Source: Chthoniobacteraceae bacterium
GTDB lineage: Bacteria > Verrucomicrobiota > Verrucomicrobiia > Chthoniobacterales > Chthoniobacteraceae
DNA: 64,000 bases
Assembly: GCA_037190965.1 (NCBI GenBank)
Contig: JBBCKI010000068.1
Location: 1-64,000, forward strand
Direction of reading: 5' to 3'
In this document: in pieces, positions 57,731-64,000 of the stretch
Layout of the letters: each line of letters begins with the position of its first letter
How positions within the stretch are numbered: the first letter of the stretch is position 1
Notes under the pieces: generated by a model
Databases searched by the model: none
The model's input: only the letters and a program-made list of their open reading frames with translations
Told to the model about the DNA's origin: nothing
Translations under genes and position numbers: made by a program

Positions 57731-58702
57731 TTACTCGCCCGCCTGCCCCCTCGCTCCATCGCACAGATACAGCGCGGCCATGCGGACGGCGAGGCCGTTG
57801 GTGACCTGGTCGAGAATCACGCTCCTGCCGCTGTCGGCGACGTTGCTGTCGATCTCGACGCCCCGGTTGATCGGTCCGGGGTGCATGATAAGCGCGTCAG
57901 GCTTGAGCCGTTCGGCGCGTTCCTTCGTCAGGCCGAAGAAGGCGGTGTATTCGCCGAGGCTCGGGAAATATTCCTTCCTCTGCCGTTCCATCTGGATGCG
58001 CAGGAGGTTGATGACGTCCACATCCTCAAGAACATCGTCGATGCGGTGCGTCACGGTGACGCCCATCTTCTCGAAGCAACGCGGAACGAGCGTGCTCGGG
58101 CCGACCAGCGTGACCTTTGCGCCCAGCTTGAGGAGCGCGTGGATGTTCGAGCGCGCGACGCGGGAGAATAGAATGTCGCCGACGATGGCGACGTGCAGCC
58201 CTTCAACGCGCCCCTTCTTCTCGCGAATGGTAAAAGTATCGAGCAGCGCCTGGGTCGGATGCTCATGCGCGCCGTCGCCCGCGTTGATGACGCTAGCGCT
58301 GAGACGCTCCGCGAGGAACTTTGCCGCGCCCGCCGAGGAGTGGCGAAGCACGATGATGTCGGCGTGGAGCGCCTGCAGATTCAGCGCGGTGTCCTTGAGT
58401 GTCTCGCCCTTGGTAAGGCTGGAGGTGCTCGCGGAGATGTTCACCACGTCGGCGCTCAAGCGAAACGCCGCCAGCTCGAAGGAGATGCGGGTGCGGGTGC
58501 TGGGCTCGACGAAAAAGTTGACGAGGGTTTTCCCTCGCAGCGACGGAACTTTCTTGATGTCGCGCGCGCCGACCTGCTTGAACGCGGCGGCGGTGTCGAG
58601 TAGGAACCTGATTTCCTCGGCGGAGAGATCCTCTAGGCCGACGAGATCCTTGCGAGACCACGGCGCGGCGACGGGAGATGGGGAGGGGGTCATGGGAATC
58701 AC
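57731..58702 (-). CDS. pyrB: Aspartate carbamoyltransferase catalytic subunit
   Basis: [29 protein letters not shown] and [12 protein letters not shown]. Confidence 0.97.
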   Translation of the reverse strand: MIPMTPSPSPVAAPWSRKDLVGLEDLSAEEIRFLLDTAAAFKQVGARDIKKVPSLRGKTLVNFFVEPSTRTRISFELAAFRLSADVVNISASTSSLTKGETLKDTALNLQALHADIIVLRHSSAGAAKFLAERLSASVINAGDGAHEHPTQALLDTFTIREKKGRVEGLHVAIVGDILFSRVARSNIHALLKLGAKVTLVGPSTLVPRCFEKMGVTVTHRIDDVLEDVDVINLLRIQMERQRKEYFPSLGEYTAFFGLTKERAERLKPDALIMHPGPINRGVEIDSNVADSGRSVILDQVTNGLAVRMAALYLCDGARGQAGE

Positions 58703-59298
58703 GATTTGCTGATCCAGACGGCATCGGCCACGTTGTCCACGGCTTGGAAGCGGACAAAGACGCGGTCGCCGGGGGCGGTGGGGATGTTCTTGCCGACGTA
58801 ATCGGCACGGATCGGGAGTTCGCGATGCCCCCGGTCAATCAGGACGGCATACTGGATGCGCGCCGGGCGGCCGAAGGAGGAGATGGAATCCATGGCGGCG
58901 CGGCAGGTGCGCCCCGAGTAGAGGACATCGTCGACCAGCACCAGCGTCAGATCGTCGAGGTTCTGCGGAAGATGAGAGGCGACGACTGGCGAGAGCCGTT
59001 GGCGGAGCCGGAGGTCGTCGCGATGCATGGAGACGTCGATCACGCCGGTTTGCACTTCGCGGCCTTCGAAGCCTTGAATCAATGCGGCCAGGCGGCGGGC
59101 GACTTCCACGCCGCGAGAGGGAATGCCGACGAGGACGACTCGGTCGAGGTCGGGGTTGCGCTCGATGATCTCGTGCGCGATGCGCCGCAGAATGCGGTCG
59201 ATGGCGGCGGCGTCCAGAAGGAGGACTGCCGAAGGTGCGGGAGGGGAAAGCGGGGTTTCCGGTTGGGTCGACTCGGTAGGCTTGCTGGGTTCGGTCAT
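58699..59298 (-). CDS. pyrR: Pyrimidine regulatory protein/UPRTase PyrR
   Basis: [21 protein letters not shown] and [17 protein letters not shown]; start MTEP follows AAGGAG. Confidence 0.96.
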   Translation of the reverse strand: MTEPSKPTESTQPETPLSPPAPSAVLLLDAAAIDRILRRIAHEIIERNPDLDRVVLVGIPSRGVEVARRLAALIQGFEGREVQTGVIDVSMHRDDLRLRQRLSPVVASHLPQNLDDLTLVLVDDVLYSGRTCRAAMDSISSFGRPARIQYAVLIDRGHRELPIRADYVGKNIPTAPGDRVFVRFQAVDNVADAVWISKS

Positions 59299-59306
59299 TG
59301 AGGGTC

Positions 59307-59340
59307 TCCTTGGCAACCTCGCGGGATCGCCGTTAAAGGA
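59307..59340 (-). promoter_or_regulatory. PyrR binding loop (RNA)
   Basis: UCCUUUAACGGCGAUCCCGCGAGGUUGCCAAGGA fits the CUUUAA..UCCNGNGAGGYU consensus; the stem closes over the SD. Confidence 0.88.
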
Positions 59341-59354
59341 TCAGAAAGGGCAGC

Positions 59355-59621
59355 TCAGGTGGATTTAACGGTTTCGGGGGCGACGGATGGGGTAGCGGTC
59401 TGCTGTTGCTGGCGTTTTTCGCGCCAGGCGGATCGGTATCTTACAATCCAGTCGAGCAAAGCTCGCTCAAAACCGATGTCGTAGCCCGCTTTCTCGCTCT
59501 CCAGCCATTTGTGGCAGAGAATCTCCTCGCGCTCAGCCAGAAACTCCTTGTAGAGCACCGAATTTCTGACGAGATCCGAATTTTCAGTGTTCGGATGATC
59601 CATGGTGGGGTCACTTTTCAT
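59355..59621 (-). CDS. DUF4032-like small protein
   Basis: S.LYKEFLAEREEIL.HKWLESEKAGYDIGFERALLDW. Confidence 0.82.
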   Translation of the reverse strand: MKSDPTMDHPNTENSDLVRNSVLYKEFLAEREEILCHKWLESEKAGYDIGFERALLDWIVRYRSAWREKRQQQQTATPSVAPETVKST

Positions 59622-59739
59622 AAGAAACACCAACCCGTCAATGCTGCTTTTCCCTCAAATAGGTTTCGGGCGCGGCCTGTTGCCCGGATGACTTTTGGAG
59701 CACTAAGGGGGAGGGGATGGGGGGTGGATAACATTGCGT

Positions 59740-60780
59740 TCAGGCAGAGAGAGTATCCTGCAAGTGTTTCGCAATGGCAAGAAATGCCTGGCTTACCGGG
59801 CTCTCCGGGTTGGCTGCCGTGACGGGAAGGCCGCGGTCGCCCGCCTCCCTGGTGGCGATATCGATGGGGATTTCTCCCAGGAGCGGTACGCCGAGGCGCT
59901 TCGCTTCCCGCTCGCCGCCGCCGCTGCCGAAGATGTCGTACCGCTTATCGTCGCTCGGGCAGACGAAATAGCTCATGTTCTCGATCAGCCCGAGAATCGG
60001 GACGTTGACCTTGCCGAACATTGAGGAAGCCTTGCGGGCGTCGATCAGCGCGACTTCCTGCGGGGTCGTCACGATCACCGCGCCCGCGAGAGCGACGGTC
60101 TGGACAATGGTGAGCTGGATGTCGCCCGTGCCGGGAGGAAGGTCGAGAATGAGAAAATCGAGTTCACCCCATTCCACCTGCCGCAAAAACTGCTGGGTGT
60201 AACGGGTCACCATCGGCCCACGGAGCACGGCCGGGGAGGTGTCTTCGAGCAGGAAGCCCATAGACATCAGTTTGAGCCCTGCCGTTTCGATGGGAATAAT
60301 GAAATTATCTTCCGTCGCCATTGGCCGCTCCCGGCTCCCGAACATCAGGGCGACGCTCGGGCCGTAAAGGTCGCAGTCGCAAAGCCCGACTTTCGCCCCA
60401 TTGCGCTGGAGCGCGACGGCGAGGTTCGCCGCCACGGTTGATTTGCCGACGCCCCCCTTGCCGCTGGCCACCGCGAGGATGTGTTTAACCCCGGGGATCG
60501 CCGTCGCGACGTTCGCCGAAGCCGCCTGAGGCGGGGCCTGCACGTCGATCCGCACCTGCACGTTGCCGATGCCGGAGATCGCCTTCAACGCCGCCTCGCT
60601 CCCGGTCTTGATCGCCTGTGGGATCGCGTTGTCAGCGGTGGCCAGGCTCATCTGGACGATCACATCCTCCCCGGAGATACGGATCTCTTTGACGAGCCCA
60701 AAAGAAACGATGTCCCGGCTAAATCCCGGGTAGCGGACTTGCGAGAGGGTGCTGCGGATCAGGTCTTCGGTAATGGCCAT
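59740..60780 (-). CDS. mrp: Mrp/ApbC (NBP35) Fe-S cluster carrier ATPase
   Basis: SGKGGVGKST, RGPMV, DLPPGTGD, VTTPQ and ENMS. Confidence 0.95.
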   Translation of the reverse strand: MAITEDLIRSTLSQVRYPGFSRDIVSFGLVKEIRISGEDVIVQMSLATADNAIPQAIKTGSEAALKAISGIGNVQVRIDVQAPPQAASANVATAIPGVKHILAVASGKGGVGKSTVAANLAVALQRNGAKVGLCDCDLYGPSVALMFGSRERPMATEDNFIIPIETAGLKLMSMGFLLEDTSPAVLRGPMVTRYTQQFLRQVEWGELDFLILDLPPGTGDIQLTIVQTVALAGAVIVTTPQEVALIDARKASSMFGKVNVPILGLIENMSYFVCPSDDKRYDIFGSGGGEREAKRLGVPLLGEIPIDIATREAGDRGLPVTAANPESPVSQAFLAIAKHLQDTLSA

Positions 60781-60863
60781 GAGAGAGAATCGATAAACCG
60801 GGATTGAAACTCAAATCCGGGATTGGAGCGAGTGGAAATCTTTAAGGGTTGGAGGCAAGAATG

Positions 60864-61022
60864 GGTAGTCCGCTCGCGCCGCGAGCGCGGGAGACGACGA
60901 TGTAGCGCGTTTGACGTTCATCCCCGCAGGGCGGGTTGTGGGTGTTGGGATGCGGCTTGCAGGGCGGTATGGGAGCCGATACCCGCGCTCGCGGCGCGAG
61001 CGGACTACCGGTGCTTCCGCAC
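60864..61022 (+). repeat. Family A REPIN, copy 4 (most intact)
   Basis: Perfect 28-bp inverted repeat at 60864-60891 / 60982-61009 plus GGTGCTTCCGCAC tail. Confidence 0.9.
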
Positions 61023-61042
61023 CTTGAAAAACCGTAGTGCAC

Positions 61043-62455
<1,413 letters not shown>

Positions 62456-62462
62456 CGCGGTT

Positions 62463-62626
62463 TAGGTCATGTTAACAAATTTGCTGAAATCGGCTAAAAG
62501 CCGGTTTTTGGCCCAAAACGGCCTTCTTCGGGTATCCGACTCGCGATTCGGCTTCCCTCAGAAGCCTCGTTTTCGGCTCAAAAATCGATCTTTTATCCAT
62601 CTTTCTCAATTTGTTAACACGACCTA
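62463..62626. mobile_element. 160-bp MITE with TA duplication on the glcD stop codon (family G)
   Basis: TA-GGTCATGTTAACAAATT ... AATTTGTTAACACGACC-TA (16/17 match between terminal repeats). Confidence 0.85.
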
Positions 62627-63997
62627 ATCGAAAATTTTGCCGGGGTTGAGGATCGCGTCCGGGTCGAGCGTCTTCTTGAGCTGCTTGATAAGGTTCAGGC
62701 TGGCGTTGCCGATGGCGCCCGGCAGGAAGCTCTTCTTTGCAAGCCCCACGCCGTGCTCTCCGGTGATCGTGCCGCCCAGTTCCACGGCGAAATCGAAAAT
62801 CTCCTTCATCGCTTTTTCCACCCGATGCATCTCCTCGGTGTTCCGCTCGTCCGTCAGGAAGGTCGGGTGAAGGTTACCATCGCCCATGTGGCCGAAAGTG
62901 CCAACCCGCAGGTTGTAACGCTCCGCGACACCCTGGATGAAGTTGACCATGCGGGCGAGTTCGCTGCGCGGCACCGTCGCGTCTTCGAGAATCGTCGTGG
63001 GAGCCACGCGGGCCAGCGCGGAGAACGCCGAGCGGCGTGCGGAGGCGAGCTTCGTCGCCTCGTCGGCCGTCTGCGCGATTTGCACGGTGGTGGCTCCGCA
63101 GCGGCGGGCGACCTCTTCCATTTTTGCGGCTTCGTCGGCCACCACGGCGGGATGCCCGTCGGTCTCCATCAGCAGGATCGCCTCGGCGTCCAGCGGTAAG
63201 CCGATGTGCGCGAAGTCTTCCACGCAACGGATCGTGATCTTGTCGAGAAACTCCATCGTGCATGGGATGATCTTCTCCGCGATGATGGCGGAGACCGTCT
63301 CCGCCGCGGCGTCCATCCGGGAGAAGGTGGCGAGCATCGTCTTCTTGGTCTGCGGCTTGGGCACGAGCTTGAGCAGGATCTTCGTGATGATCCCGAGCGT
63401 CCCTTCGCTGCCGACGAAGACATCTTTCATCGAATACCCGGCCACGTCCTTCACGCACTTGTTGCCGAGCCAGATCACTTCGCCGGTCGCCATGACGACT
63501 TCCAGCCCCATCACGTAGTCGCGGGTGATGCCATACTTGAGCCCGCGCAGGCCGCCGGAGTTCTCCGCGACGTTGCCGCCGATGGTCGAGATTTTCATCG
63601 AGCCCGGGTCCGGCGGATAGAGCAGGCCGGCTCCGTCGGCCAATTCGGCCACCGTGATCGTCGTCACTCCCGGTTCCACGAGGATCGTGAGATTCTTCTG
63701 ATCGAGCTCCAGCACCTGGTTCATCTTCGTGAGGCAGAGGACGATGCTGCCCGCCTGCGGGATGCTGCCACCGCTCAGGCCGGTGCCCGAGCCGCGTGTC
63801 ACCACCGGTGTCTTACGAGCGGCGGCGTATTTGATGATGCGGGCGACTTCCTCCGTCGTCTGGGGAAAGGCGACGCAGGAGGCCACGCCGGAGATCGCGG
63901 CGGTGCCGTCGAACCCGTAGACGGCCAGGTGCTCCGGCTCAAAAAGGACCCTCTCCCGGCCGAGGATTTCAATCAGATCGGTGACAAGCTTATCCAT
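62624..63997 (-). CDS. glcD: FAD-linked glycolate/D-lactate oxidase subunit
   Basis: RGSGTGLSGG, PPDPGS, GGNVAENSGG, GSEGTLG, GHMGDGNLHP and TGEHGVG; start lies at the window edge. Confidence 0.92.
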   Translation of the reverse strand: MDKLVTDLIEILGRERVLFEPEHLAVYGFDGTAAISGVASCVAFPQTTEEVARIIKYAAARKTPVVTRGSGTGLSGGSIPQAGSIVLCLTKMNQVLELDQKNLTILVEPGVTTITVAELADGAGLLYPPDPGSMKISTIGGNVAENSGGLRGLKYGITRDYVMGLEVVMATGEVIWLGNKCVKDVAGYSMKDVFVGSEGTLGIITKILLKLVPKPQTKKTMLATFSRMDAAAETVSAIIAEKIIPCTMEFLDKITIRCVEDFAHIGLPLDAEAILLMETDGHPAVVADEAAKMEEVARRCGATTVQIAQTADEATKLASARRSAFSALARVAPTTILEDATVPRSELARMVNFIQGVAERYNLRVGTFGHMGDGNLHPTFLTDERNTEEMHRVEKAMKEIFDFAVELGGTITGEHGVGLAKKSFLPGAIGNASLNLIKQLKKTLDPDAILNPGKIFD

Positions 63998-64000
63998 GAT

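Overview
Bacterial chromosome segment, GC-rich and mostly housekeeping. It is probably from Verrucomicrobiota, possibly Chthoniobacterales-like; this is inferred from PEP-CTERM, H-X9-DG prepilin-like and DUF4032-like proteins and from SD-poor leaders. Core genes: Tat-exported SOD, galE, rplM-rpsI, crcB, tRNA-Ala(GGC), tadA-dapF-dapA-dapB-folK-panB-rtcB, rplS-rnhB-yraN, pepF, murU/amgK-like pair, sbcC, hscB/hscA-like chaperones, MarR-RND efflux, two PilT ATPases, infA, pyrR-pyrB-...-pyrC-eda, mrp and glcD-glcF. Highlights: (1) a 6.0 kb integrase-less island inserted into the 3' end of the Hsp70 (hscA-like) gene, flanked by a 36-bp direct repeat, with the displaced in-frame gene end still readable; it carries a LacI + PEP-CTERM + GH-like + H-X9-DG pilin-like glycan module with tandem operators. 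(2) At least seven families of short inverted-repeat elements (REPINs/MITEs), with no transposase in the window; several sit on the TA of stop codons, one family shows compensatory base pairing, and one copy lies in frame inside a membrane-protein gene. (3) A candidate nucleoid protein with a coiled coil, two winged helices and a histone-H1-like linker. (4) A PyrR binding loop overlapping the pyrR ribosome-binding site. All family calls come from reading motifs by eye; no database search was run.
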